DNA of 64,000 nucleotides from assembly GCA_964016885.1 (NCBI GenBank), contig OZ024743.1, forward strand, positions 179,056,001 through 179,120,000, given 5' to 3'. How positions within the stretch are numbered: position 1 is the first letter of the stretch; each line of letters opens with the position of its first letter. This DNA is from Eledone cirrhosa (lineage: Eukaryota). Below, piece after piece: positions 1-13,012 of the stretch. Position numbers and translations under genes: made by a program. The notes under the pieces are model-generated. The model did not search any database and was not told where the DNA came from. It saw only the letters and a list, made by a program, of their open reading frames with translations.

Positions 1-2513
1 GGATGTTGACAGCAGATGGACCGCCTGACCATCGGAGCGCGTCCCTTCCACAAGAAGCGAAAGAGCAAACGCTCCAGCGCAGTCAGGCGGGGCTTAGGAC
101 AAGGTACGACGGTCAGGCGGTAGTAGATGACGGATGCGATGTACGCATTCGCCACCTCCGCTCGACCTTTCAGGGATAGCTTCCTCTCGGCCCATTTCTG
201 GGTGAGAGAAGCCACCCTGCTCGTCACCTCGTCCCAGTTTTTGTCCGTCTGGAGGTCTGGACCGAACCAGACCCCTAGCAATTTAACCGGTCCGTCCGTC
301 CAGCGCCCGACAACGCTGTTGGACGGCATGGACCTGCCTCTCCAGGTGCCGAGCTGCAGGCCCACTCACTTTTCCTGGTTAATCATTGCTCCTGTCACCG
401 CTTCGTATTCTCTTAGTGTAGTGCCGATCGCCTCGATGTGTTTGGCGTTCGACACCACTACGGTGACATCGTCGGCATATGCTGACACGGATCTTCCGCA
501 TCCTAGTTCGCGCGGGACCCCCCTCAACGTCTCCAGTTTGTGCAGTAATGGCTCGAGAGTCAATACGTAAAATAGGGACGAGAGGAGACATCCTTGGCGG
601 ACCGAGCGCATGATGTTGAACGGTTCCGAAAGGTGACCGTTCACTCTCACTACAGAGCAGGTGTCGTTGTGCATGGCAGCGATCCAGCCTCTGAAGACGG
701 GCCCAAAGCCAGCCGCCCTCAGGACTGCCACTAGGTAACGATGGTCGACCCTATCGAAGGCTTTCGACTGATCTAAATTGATCAAAGACACACCCGTGCC
801 AGGTTCCCTAGCTACCCTCTCTACGATGTATCGCATGAGGTGAGGTTGTCGTGGATGGATCTGTCGGGAATGGCGCATGTCTGTGCCTCTCCCACCAGAC
901 CACCAACGACAAGCGCCAACCTCTTTGCTAGCACCTTGGCCAAAATCTTGAACTCTGTGTTTAGCAGAGTTATGGGCCTAAAATTATCTATGTTATCCCC
1001 CTTGTTCGGATCCTTTCTCAGCAGCGCCACCGCTCCTCGGCTCACAGAGCTGGGAATTCTCCCGTTCTGTTGCCAGTTGCAGTAGACGTCCGCCAAGAGG
1101 CCTCCGAACAAGTTTGGCATTTGTACGTAAAGTTCATAGGGCAGACCATCCAAACCAGGCGATTTACCCCTTGTGCAACTAGTCATTGCATCCCGTACTT
1201 CAGCGGTTGTTATCGGCTTTTCGCAACACTCCGTCTCAGTGGGCGAGAGCCGCGGCAGTCCGTCGAGGTAGACACTAAAGTCCATCCCTCGATCCGTCCC
1301 GCCGCTACCCCTGAACAGCTGAGCGAAGTGTCGCTGAAAAGCTTCACACATTTGCCCGGGATCGAGTAGCATGCGCCCGTCGTGGTCCACCAAAGACCGG
1401 ATCGTGGCTTTGTTGCCACGACGCGCCTCCGCCACTCGGGCCCATTGAACGGCTTTCGTCCCCTCGTGTCTGAGAGCACGCACCCTAGCTCTGACAACGC
1501 AGCCTTCGTGCTTTGCATTGAAGAATTGGTCAAGGGCCAATTTCGCCGCAAGTACGTCGGTCGCGATGCCTTTGCTAAGCGCCTCATCTAATTTTCTAAC
1601 TAATTCTCCCTCTGCTCTATTTTTCTCTATTGCTAAAGTCTTACTAAACCAAATGGACTCTATTCTAATTGCTCTTTTCAGAGCAAACCACCACTTGTTG
1701 TTGACGATGGCCCCCGTCAACGCCCGCTTAACTAGTTCGCTAATCCGGTCTCTGTAGGCCTTGCGCACTGGTAAGGACGCGTTTAGCTTCCAGTAGCCGG
1801 GTCCTCGTCTATGAAGCCTATCTAAGTCAAGCACACAGATCTCGAATTTGTGGTCCGTGTAGCTGACTATCTTGAATTGTGGACAGCCTATGCTAGACCT
1901 ATCTATTTCCCTACAAAATACTGGATGACCCTATGCGATTTGTCCAAGTCCACATTGGTACATTCGGGAAATCCATTCGGTACCTGTCAGACAGTTCAAA
2001 ACGTCTGAGTAGGTTGGTGAGACTCTTGCACCCTCCTTCCCTATCCACTAATCCCACACAATCCCAGCGTGCATCTAAGATCCCGTTCCAGTCGCCCACT
2101 AACACTAAAGAGCGGGACGTTCCAAGAAAGGTCTCCAGACGCCGGAAGAAATCAGGCCGCCCTGCTCCTGTCGCGGCATAGACGGCCACTAACCTGAAAG
2201 CTTGCCCGTCTCCGCTGGTCACGTCCAGCACCACCAACTTACCTTCTGGGTCCAGGAAGATGGCCCGTATGGCAAGATCCAAACCTCTCCGAAAAAGCAC
2301 AGCAACTCCTCCCCCCGATCCCGGACGGCTGGGAGATGCGTACACATCGTAGCCGCCGAAGATCGGTGCGAAAGCCTGTGCTTCGGAGATTCGGGTCTTG
2401 CTGATGGCCACGACATCTATGTTTAGTGACCTGAGGTCGTTGAGCAGGTGGCCCTGCTTCCATGACGACCCCAAGCCACGCGCATTTATGCTGCCTATTG
2501 TGAGTGAGGTCAT
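1..2513 (-). pseudogene. ORF2 (APE endonuclease + reverse transcriptase), frameshifted
   Basis: SINARGL/GDWN/TDH endonuclease motifs (1911-2513 and just downstream); GPGYWKLN, KSPGLDG, FRPITLLN (821-1834); DQSKAFD, RQG, YADD (366-878); split across frames. Confidence 0.92.
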
Positions 2514-2547
2514 GTTGAAAAGGAGTGTAAAAGATGGGAAAGACCAC

Positions 2548-4337
2548 TTACCTTACTTCTCGTAGGGGAAGGACGGTTTTTCCATCCTTTTCACTGCTTG
2601 TGGCCTCCTCAGGAAGGATGTCCTTATAAATCCTCCCGGAGAGTGCTTGTCGGAAGTCTCCGATGTCTTTGGGGAATTTTTGTTTTAGTGTCATGTACGT
2701 TTTCTGTGTGATGCGAGTGATTTGTATGTGTGGAGGTGGTGTGAATTTTGGGGTTGTTGTGTAGTCTTTTTCTGTGATGCTGGTGTTGTGTTGGATGTAG
2801 TGTAATAATTGCTTGTTGTTCAAATTTAATGCTGTGTAGTGTGTATCGTTTTGGTTGTTTTGTTTTGTTTGCGTTTGTTGTGGGTTTGTTTCTGTTTCGC
2901 ATTTTGGTGACTTTTGTGGTGTAGGTGATGGTGGTGTTGGAGTTAATGATGGTGATGGTGTTGGTGTTTGGGTTGATGGGGTTGGTGATGCTGGTGTGGA
3001 TGGTGGCATATCTGTCCTAACTTTTTTGTTTCTTAGTTTATTTGTTTCCCTCTGTATTTTGTTTTTGGAGGGGGAAGGAAGAGAATTTTTTCTTTTTTGG
3101 TTTCTTTTTTTTTTCCGGATATCGTTTCCCACTCCTCGTCGTCAGAATCTGTCTCCAGTTGTGATAGGCCGGGGAGTGGAAAATCCTCCACAGCCGTTAG
3201 TTTTGGTTGTGGTGTGGTGGATGTTGTAGGCGCTGGTGCTAGTTCTGAAGCGTTGGGTGGTGGTGGTGTTGGTTTTGCTACTGTTGCTGGGGTTGTTGCT
3301 GTTATAGTTGCTTCTGTTGTTGCTGCTACAGTTGTTGCTGCCATCTCTGCTACTGGTGGTGTTGATGGTTGTGTCACTGGGGTGGGTAGGAGAGGTGGCC
3401 TCAACCTTTTAGCCTGAGGGCAGAAAGCCCTTAGGTGGGTTCCTTCACCACAAACGACACACCTAGGTCTTCTGCCCTCGACAATTACCGTGAGGTGGCT
3501 GCCGTCAGTGAGGTCTATTACCTCTGGGATTTCCTCAATGCTTTTTTGGTCCGCTTGGATTAGGAGCTCCATCCCAGATCCGGACCAGTTTTCCTGCTTT
3601 TCTTTTGCTATTGCTATTATTTTCGTGTTGGCTTCGATGCCGGCGAGGACAGCCGCTATTAGCCAGGGAATTTCGATGGCCGGTGGAACGTGGGTCACCC
3701 TGATCTTTACGAGTCTCTGGCCACAATAGCTTGGGACGAGTGTGAAGTCGTCACTTTTTAATGGGGCCATGGAGTGTTCTCTAGCCTCCTCTGGTGTTTC
3801 AAAGAACACATCCACGGTTCCATACTTTTGCCCACGTCTGATGTGGGTTTTTCTTGCCCACACATGTCCCAAAGCTTTTTGGATTTGGGATTCGGATGCC
3901 CGTTCCACTCGGCGCGATTTTACATTTATTGTTCTATACGACACGGTGCATAGGCGCCGATGCTCCATTTTATTAGGTGGGGGGCTGAGGCTGACCCTGT
4001 ACCCATTTTTCTTTACCATTTGTTTGTCATTTTCTAAGTCGTCTTGAGTTACCGTGAATGCTTCAAATTGTTTTGCTACTATGGCGAAACTGAGGGTCGG
4101 TTTTATAATGTCATTGTTGTTGTTGTTGCTATCGTTATTTGTGTTAATATTAATTTTAGTTTCAGTTGTGGTGGTGGTGACGTCAGTCGTCTTTGGTGCG
4201 GAAGAGTCCATTTTGCTTGATTTCATTTCGACATCACGAGTTAATTTATTTTTTTCTTCTTTTGTTTCTGTTGTCGCGGTGGTGGTGGGGGTGGTGGTTG
4301 TCGTGGTGGTGGTGGAGGCTTTAACACCTGCAGTCAT
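2548..4337 (-). pseudogene. ORF1 gag-like nucleic-acid-binding protein, frameshift near poly-T ~3110
   Basis: RPRCVVCGEGTHLRAFC (CX2CX4HX4C), Thr/Pro/Asn low-complexity arms; ORFs 3033-4430 and 2548-3132. Confidence 0.8.
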
Positions 4338-4716
4338 TGGTAATGGCGGGAAATGAATGTCTGCCTGAGACAAATTTAAAATATTGCTACTGCTTATATT
4401 TGTTTTTTGTGTTGGCAAACGTAGTAACATTTACAATGGTGGTGTCGGTGTGAGGTGTTATTTTGTGAGGAAGGCTTTCAGCTGCTTCGTGCAGAGGGGA
4501 AATAGCCATTTTTTTCAAAGAAATTTTTGGATAATAATAAAAGTTAAAATTTTGGGCACAAGGCCCCAATCTTTTTGGGTGCCATTTTCGGAAAACAATG
4601 TATGTGTGCTTATAAACAGTTAACAATAAAATTTTCCATAAATGGCAATTTTTAACAAACGGAAATAACAAACCTTTGCGGAGCTCACGATGATACGATT
4701 TACTACGTAGGTCGCC

Positions 4717-4765
<49 letters not shown>

Positions 4766-4779
4766 GTAATAATAATAAT
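4717..4779. repeat. (AAT)n tract between Tx1 copies A and B
   Basis: Direct reading; follows AATAAAGAAATC 3' end of copy B on minus strand. Confidence 0.95.
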
Positions 4780-7224
4780 GATTTCTTTATTAACCACAAG
4801 GGTTTACATAAAGTAGACATTAAGGACAGTGCAGGACAATACAGGACGGTACAAATGGGCATTTCTGCGTGTAAAAAACAAAAACAGAGGATGTAACAAA
4901 AAATAACAAAGAAAAATTCCCCAATAGGGGGGAGACTTCGGAGGGACATTTGTGGAGAAAGCCCAGTAAAAGGCCACAATGACCCTGACCACCAAGGCAA
5001 GTGCCCTCTCCCAGTTTTCTACCTTTAATTTACAGATATATACTCAGAGTAGGCCCATTCACTCGGGCCATTCTTGCTTCTCTCACCCATCTTTCAACAA
5101 AATGCTGGGGAGAGAGCACTTCCCTCTCTACTCTGATTTTCCTTTTCAAATGAAATTTGAAAAAGTCAATCAGAGCATCACCGAAGAGGTAAGTGCTCGT
5201 CTTCAGCCCTTTCAAACATGTCCACCATACTATCTCTTTCGCCATGGCCACCAGACAGATAAAAACTGCCTGCCCTTCCCGGCTAAAGGAGGAGGGTGGG
5301 GCAATCCTCACGATGGACTCAGATGATAGCCGGATCCGTCCTAAACGCGACAGCAGGTGTTCGACATAAACCCACACGTCAGCAATTTTCGGACACTGGA
5401 CGAGTGCGTGCAGGACGGTTTCGTCGCCCTGCGCGCATCTCGGACATGCCCGGCTGACGGCACCTCCAAGTCTATAGAGTTTATCCCGAACTGGCAAGGC
5501 TCCTCGGTAGCACTGCCAGGCCAGAGATTTCTGGAAGTTGTCCATAGGCCCTGGCCCGAAAGTTCTTCCGAAGAGATTGGCTAGTTGATTTTCGTCGACG
5601 CCTAGAGTTTCCCCAAGTACGTCGTCGCTCTTCCCCTCCACTAATCCTCTATAGAACGCCGAGGTGGAGTTTCCACCGATCACATTGCCCGATTGGTCGA
5701 GGGCTGTGAGCGCCTTAAGACATTCCAGTCTCCAGGCGCTCCCTCTCGGTCTCGCTTGATTCAGGACTGCAGCTCCGTCAAGGAAACGAGCTGGGGAAAT
5801 ACGTGTCTAGCAAACGGCGACCGAGCTGGGGAAGAGTGTCTAGCAAACGGCGACCACACCTGATCACCGTCGAGGAAGAGGTGGAGATGTCGTAGCCTGA
5901 GCGCGTGCCTGCGCATCATCAGCCACGGCATGCCCAGCCCTCCACGTAGCGGGTGTTGACAACAGATGGAAGCCTGACCATCGGAGCGCGTCCCTTCCAC
6001 AAAAAACGAAAGAGCAAACGCTCCAGCGCAGTCAGGCGGGGCTTAGGACAAGGTACGACGGTCAGGCGGTAGCAAATGACGGACGCGATGTACGCGTTAG
6101 CCACCTCCGCTCGACCTTTCAGGGATAGCTTCCTCTCCGCCCATTTCTGGGTGAGAGAAGCCACCCTGCTCGTCACCTCGTCCCAGTTTTTGTCAGTCTG
6201 GAGGTCCGGACCGAACCAGACCCCTAGCAATTTAACCGTTCCCTCCGTCCAGCGTCCGACGACGCTGTTGGACGGCATGGACCTGCCTCTCCAGGTGCCG
6301 AGCTGCAGGCCCACTCACTTTTCCTGGTTGATCATTGCTCCTGTCACCGCTTCGTATTCTCTTAGTGTAGTGCCGATCGCCTCGATGTGTTTGGCGTTCG
6401 ACACCAATACGGTGACATCGTGCGCATATGCTGACACGGATCTTCCGCATCCTAGTTCGCGCGGGATGCCCCTCAGCGTCTCCAGTTTGTGCAGTCATGG
6501 CTCGAGAGTCAATACGTACAAGAGGGACGAGAGGGGACATCCTTGGCGGACCGAGCGCATGATGTTGAACGTTTCCGAAAGGTGACCGTTAACTCTCACC
6601 ACAGAGCAGATGTCTCTGTGCATGGCAGCGATCCAGCCTCTGAAGACGGGCCCAAAGGCAGCCGCCCTCAGGACTGCCGCTAGGTAACGATGGTCGACCC
6701 TATCGAAAGCTTTCGACTGATCTAAATTGATCAAGGACCCACCCGTGCCAGGTTCCCTAGCTACCCTCTCTACGATGTATCGCATGAGGTGGAGGTTGTC
6801 GTGGACGGATCTGTCGGGAATGGCGCATGTCTGCGCCTCTCCCACCAGACCACCAACGACAAGCGCCAACCTCTTTGCTAGCACCTTGGCCAAAATCTTG
6901 AACTCTGTGTTTAGTAGAGTTATGGGCCGGAAATTATGTATGTTATCCCCCTTGTTCGGATCCTTTCTCAGCAGCGCCACCGCTCCTCGGCTCACAGAAC
7001 TGGGAATTCTCCCGTTCTGTTGCCAGTTGTAGTAGACGTCCGCCAAGAGGCCTCCGAACAAGTCTGGCATCTGTACGTAAAGTTCATAGGGCAGACCATC
7101 CAAACCAGGCGATTTACCCCTTGTGCAGCCAGTCATTGCCTCCCTTACTTCAGCGGCTGTTATCGGCTTTTCGCAACACCTCGCCTCAGTGGCCGAGAGC
7201 CGCGGCAGTCCGTTGAGGTAGACA
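4780..7224 (-). mobile_element. Tx1 copy B, 5'-truncated (RT, C-terminal CCHC, 3' UTR with AATAAA)
   Basis: Near-identical to copy A RT; CPRCAQGDETVLHALVQC zinc finger (5030-5683); ~35-bp internal tandem duplication near 5788-5855. Confidence 0.9.
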
Positions 7225-10200
7225 TTAAGGACATAAAATAGACATTAAGGACAGTACAGGACAATACAGGACGGTACAAATGGGCATTTCTGCGTGTAAA
7301 AAACAGAGGATGTAATAAAATAACAAAGAAAAATTCCCCAATAGGGGGGAGACTTCCGAGGGACATTTGTGGAGAAAGCCCATTAAAAGGCCACAGTGAC
7401 CCTGACCACCAAGGCAAGTGCCCTCTCCCAGTTTTCCACCTTTAATCTACAGACACATACTCAGAGTAGGCCCATTCACTCGGGCCATTCTTGCTTCTCT
7501 CACCCATCTTTCAACAAAATGCTGGCAAGAGAGCACTTCCCTCTCTACTCTGATTTTCCTTTTCAAATGAAATTTGAAAAAGTCAATCAGAGCATCACCG
7601 AAGAGGTAGGTGCTCGTCTTCAGCCCTTACAAACGTGTCCACCATACTATCTCTTTCGCCATGGCCACCAGACAGATAAAAAACTGCCTGCCCTTCCCGG
7701 GTAAAGGAAGAGGGCGGGGCAATCCTCACGATGGACTCAGCTGCTAGCCGGATCCGTCCTACACGTGACAGCAGGTGTTCGACATAAACCCACAAGTCAG
7801 CAATGCTCGGACACTGGACGAGTGCGTGCAGGACGGTTTCGTCGCCCTGCGCGCATCTCGGAGATGCCCGATGACGGCACCTCCATGCCTGTAGAGTTTA
7901 TCCCGAACTGGCAAAGCTCCTCGGTAGCACTGCCAGGCCAGGGATTTCTGGAAGTTGTCCATAGGCCCTGGCCCGAAAGTCCTTCCGAGGAGATTGGCTA
8001 GTTGATTTTCGTCGACGCCTAGAGTTTCTCCAAGTACGTCGTCGCTCTTCCCCTCCACTAATCCTCTATAGAACGCCAAGGTGGAGTTTCCACCGATCAC
8101 ATTGCCCGATTGGTCGAGGGCTGTGAGCACCTGAAGACATTCCAGTCTCCAAGCGCTCTCTCTCGGTCTTCGCTTGACCCAGGACTGCAGCTCCGTCAAG
8201 GAGACGAGCTGGGGCAAGACGTGTCTAGCAAACGGCGACCACACCTGATCACTGTCGAGGAAGAGGTGGAGATGTCGTAGCATGAGCACATGTCTGCGCA
8301 TCATCAGCCACGGCATGCCCAGCCCTCCACGTAGCGGGTGTTGACAACACATGGAAGCCTGACCATCGGAGCGCGTCCTTCCACTAAAAGCGAAAGAGCA
8401 AACGCTCCATCGCAGTCAGGCGGGGCTTAGGACAAGGTACGACGGTCAGTCGGTAGCAGATGACAGACGCGCTGTACGCGTTAGCCACCTCCGCTCGAAC
8501 TTTCAGGGATAGCTTCCCCTCCGCCCATTTCTGGGTGAGAGAAGCCACCCTGCTCGTCACCTCGTCCCAGTTTTTGTCCGTCTGGAGGTCCGGACCGAAC
8601 CAGACACCTAGCAATTTAAAAGGTCCGTCCGTCCAGCGTCCGACAACGCTGTTGGACAGCATGGACCTGCCTCTCCAGGTGCCGAGCTGCAGGCCCACTG
8701 ACTTTTCCTGGTTGATCATTGCTCCTGTCACCGCTTCGTATTCTCTTAGTGTAGTGCCTATCGCCTCGATTTGTTTGGCGTTCGACACCACTACGGTGAC
8801 ATCGTTCGAATATGCTGACACGGATCTTCCGCATCCTAGTTCGCGCGGGACGCCCCTCAACGTCTCCAGTTTGTGCAGTAATGTCTCGAGAGTCAATACG
8901 TACAAGAGGCACGAGAGGGGACATCCTTGGCGGACCGAGCGCATGATGTTGAACGGTTCCGAAAGGTGACCGTTCACTCTCACCACAGAGCAGATGTCGC
9001 TGTGCACGGCAGCGATCCAGCCTCTGAAGACGGGCCCAAAGCCAGCCGCCCTCAGGACTGCCGCTAGGTAACGATGGTAGACCCTATCGAAAGCTTTCGA
9101 CTGATCTAAATTGATCAAGGACCCACCCGTGCCAGGTTCCCTAGCTACCCTCTCTACGATGTATCGCATGGGGTGGAGGTTGTCTTGGATGGATCTGTCG
9201 GGAATGGCGCATGTCTGCGCCTCTCCCACCAGACCACCAACTACAAGCGCCAACCTCTTTGCTAGCACCTTGGCCAAAATCTTGAACTCTGTGTTTAGAA
9301 GGGTTATGGGCCTGAAATTATGTATGTTATCCCCCTTGTTCGGATCCTTTCTTAGCAACGCCACCGCTCTTCGGCTCACAGAGCTGGGAATTCTCCCGTT
9401 CTGTTGCCAGTTGTAGTAGACGTCCGCACTAAAGTTCATCCCTCGATCCGGCCCAGCGCTGCCCCCGAACAGTTGAGCGAAGTGTCGCTGAAAAGCTTCA
9501 CATATTTGCCCGGGATCGAGTAGCATGCTCCCGTCGTGGTCAACCAAAGACCGGATCGTGGTTTTGTTGCCACGTCGCGCCTCCGCCACTCGGGCCCATT
9601 GAACGGCTTTCGTCTCCTCGTGTCTGAGAGCACGCACCCTAGCTCTGACAACGCAACCTTCGTGCTTTGCATTGAAGAATTGGTCAAGGGCCAATTTCGC
9701 CACAAGTACGTCGGTCACGATGCCTTTACTAAGCGCCTCGTCTAACTTTCTAACTAGTTCGCCCTCTGCTCTATTTTTCTCTATAGCTAAAGCCTTACTA
9801 AACCTAATGGACTCTATTCTAATCGCTCTTTTCAGAGCAAACCACCACTTGTTGTTGACGATAGCCTCCGTCAACGCTTGCTTAACTAGTTCGCTAATCC
9901 GGTCTCTGTAGGCCTTGCGCGCTGTAGGCCTTGCGCGCTATCTAAGTCAAGCACACAGATCACGAATTTGTGGTCCGTGTAGATGACTATCTTGAATTGT
10001 GGACAGCTTATGCTAGACCTATCTATTTTCCTACAAAATACTCTATAGAGACATGATCTGGATGACCCCATGCGATTTGTCCAAGTCCACATTGGCACAT
10101 TCGGGAAATCCTATCGGTACCTGTCAGACTGTTCAAAACGCCTGAGCAGGTTGTGGAGACTCTTGCACCCTCCTCCCCTATCCGCTAATCCCACACAGTC

Positions 10201-12985
10201 CCAGCGTGCATCTAAGATCCCGTTCCAGTCGCCCACTAACACTAAAGAGCGGGATGTTCCTAGAAAGGTCTCCAGACGCCGGAAGAAATCAGGCCGCCCT
10301 GCTCCTGTCGGGGCATAGACGGCCACTAACCTGAAAGCTTGCCCTTCTCCGCTGGTCACGTCCAGCACCACCAACTTACCTTCTGGGCTAGGAAGATGGC
10401 CCGTATGGCGAGATCCAAACCTCTCTGAAAAAGCACAGCAACTCCTCCCCTCGATCCAGGACGGCTGGGCGATGTTTCGGAGATTCTGCTCTCGCTGATG
10501 GCCACTACATCTATGTTTAGGACCTGAGGTCGTTGAAAAGGTGGCCCTGCTACCATGACGACCCCAAGCCACGCGCATTTATCCTGCCTATTCTGAGTGA
10601 GGTCGTGTTGAAATGGAGTGGAAAAGATGGGAAAGACCACTTACCTTATTTCTCGCAGAGGAAGGATGGTTTTTCCATCCCTATTCACTCGATCGTCTGG
10701 CGAATCGTCCTTTCGGCTGGTCGTCGGCTCTTCTGTGAGTATATCCGAATATACTCTCCGGTTGAGTGTCCCTCCTAGGTCTCTGAAATCACCAACGTTG
10801 GGGAATTTCGTTTTAGTGTTTGTGTATTGTTTCTGTGCTATTCATACCAGTCTTATGTTCGTTGGTGTTTTGATTGGTGCTGGTATTATGTAGTCGTGCT
10901 GTGAAATGTCTGTGTGTTCAATTATGTAAGTCATTAGTTTCTTGTTGTGTGTATTTATTGCTGTGCATTTGTTTTTCTGGGGGTGGGGGTTTGGTTCGGC
11001 TATTTTCTTGTCGTTGTTGCTGGTTGTGTGTGTTTTGTTGTGTTTGCGATGTTTGTGCTTGTGGTGGTGGTGTTGAAGGTGTTGTTGTTGTTGGCGGTGG
11101 GGTTGCCGCCGGTAGTGATCGTGGTGCTAGTGTGGGTGGTGATGGTGTTGGTGGTGTTGCTGCTGTAAGTCTCTTTGCAGTAGCCTTTACCCTTTTTTCG
11201 TTTCTTTCCTCCCTTTTCGAAGGCGACGAGGCGCTGCTTCTGCGTTTGTGCCTTCTTGCGACCTTTTGCCACCCCTCTCCCACCTCACACTTCATGTCCG
11301 ATTCTGTGAGGTCGGGGAGGGGTACCAGCTCCACTCTTTCACTTCTTGTTGTTGGTGATGTTTGCACTCGAGTCTCTGTTGCAGCTGCAGTTGGTATTGC
11401 TGTTGTTGTTGTTAATACTTCCACTGCTGCTGCTGTTCTTGATTTGCGTGGCGTGGGTATAGGTGCCACGGGCCTATCCTTCCTGGTTGCCGCCTATCCT
11501 GTTGCTGGTAGCAGTGGAGCCTGTTTCGGAAGGAGGGGGTTTTCTCCTTTCTCAGGGTCTTCTCATTGCAGAAGGCCCTGAGGTAAGTCTTCGATCCACA
11601 GTGAAAGCATTTCGGGCATTTGCCCTCAGGACTTATGGGCAGTTTAGTGCCGTTATCGAAGTCTATCACATCCGGGATAGCTCCGATGCACTCCTGGTTG
11701 GTTTGGATTCACATCTCAATAGAGGTGCCGACCCAATCTTCTCGTACTTTTTTCTGTACTTGCAGTACAGTTGTTTTGTCCTCGATTCCGACGAGGACAG
11801 ACGCGGCCAGCCAAGAAGGAGCCATCCGGGGGGGGGGGGGTTACATGGATCAATTTGTCCCTCACAATTTTTTGTCCGCAGTAGGAGGGCACGAACACCA
11901 TTTCATCGCTCCTTAGGGTCACTAAGGTGTGAGCCTTTGCCTCCTGGGTGTGGCAAAAAGCACGTCCACCATGGCATATTTCTTGCCTCAGGTGATATGC
12001 GTTTTTCCGCTGCCACACAGACCCTAAGGCTTTTTGTATTTGAGCCTCTGTGGCACTTTCAACCCTACGGGATTGTTTGCTTACTGTATGGTACGTGACC
12101 GTACAGTGCTGTTGGGTTTCGAAAAAATTTCGGCTGCCTTGCAGATTGCTCTGTGTCCGGTTTTCGTCACCATCTTCCTTGCTTCCTGTAATTCCTCATT
12201 TTTTATAAGGATGGTTTACAGGTTCTTTGCGATACCTGCAAACGAGATTGGTTTTTCTTTGTGTTGTTGTTGTTGTCGTCGTCAGAGCTGCTGTTACTTT
12301 TGTTGTTGCTGCTGGTACTACGACTGCCGCTGCTGTTGCTGTGGTTGTTGTTGTTGTTGCTGCTGTGCTGTTGCTGCTAATGCTGTTGTTGTTTATGCTG
12401 CTGCTGATGCTGTTGCGGCTGCTACTGTTGTTTTCCTTGTCACTGTTGCTGCTGCTGTTGTTATTACGGCTGCTGCTGCTATTATTCATGACGTCAGAAG
12501 AATGAAATGGGTTTCCGTATTTACTGCACACATTTTTCGTCGTTGTCGTCGTCGTGGAGAAATGTTCCACGTTTTGCACGTGATCTTGGAAACTATCAGA
12601 AACTATATTTTTCTTTTTCTTTACTGGCGTCGCTTGCGAAAGAGAAGGGAGGGAGAGAGACACATTTAGAGAAGGGAGGGAGAGAGACAATCTTCTCTCT
12701 GATGTAGTGACGATTGAGGAAGAAGAAGACGGAAGGAGTGGGAGTGACTTGTGAAAATTCTTTTTTGTATTCATGTTTTTTTGGTTTAAAATAAATATTG
12801 GGCACAAAACCCCAATAAGCGGTTATTTAACCCTGAAGGGCCAAATAACGGGCAGAAAGACCCCTCCCACGAGGAGGAGGGTGTTTTGTCTACAATTTGG
12901 TTAAAGTTTTAAACAATTTACAATTTTATAGCGGTTAAAATTTACTATACCTTACAGAGGCTAGCCTCCGTCAACCATGGCATTC
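7225..12985 (-). mobile_element. Tx1 copy C, near full length, decayed, lacks extreme 3' end
   Basis: ORF2 ~10606-7447 (start mutated to ACG, YADD to YSND, 60-codon in-frame deletion); ORF1 remnants with CFHCGSKTYLRAFC; 5' end abuts (AAT)n 12986-13012. Confidence 0.9.
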
Positions 12986-13012
12986 AATAATAATAATAAT
13001 AATAATAATAAT

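Larger units (their letters stand above)
1..4716 (-). mobile_element. Tx1-clade (L1-like) non-LTR retrotransposon copy A, 5'-complete, runs off window start
   Basis: ORF1 with CCHC knuckle followed by APE-RT ORF2; 5' end abuts (AAT)n at 4717. Confidence 0.9.

Noticed and set aside
9421-9435. 180-bp deletion in copy C as a spliced intron
   Set aside because: Deleted segment starts GT but ends TG, not AG
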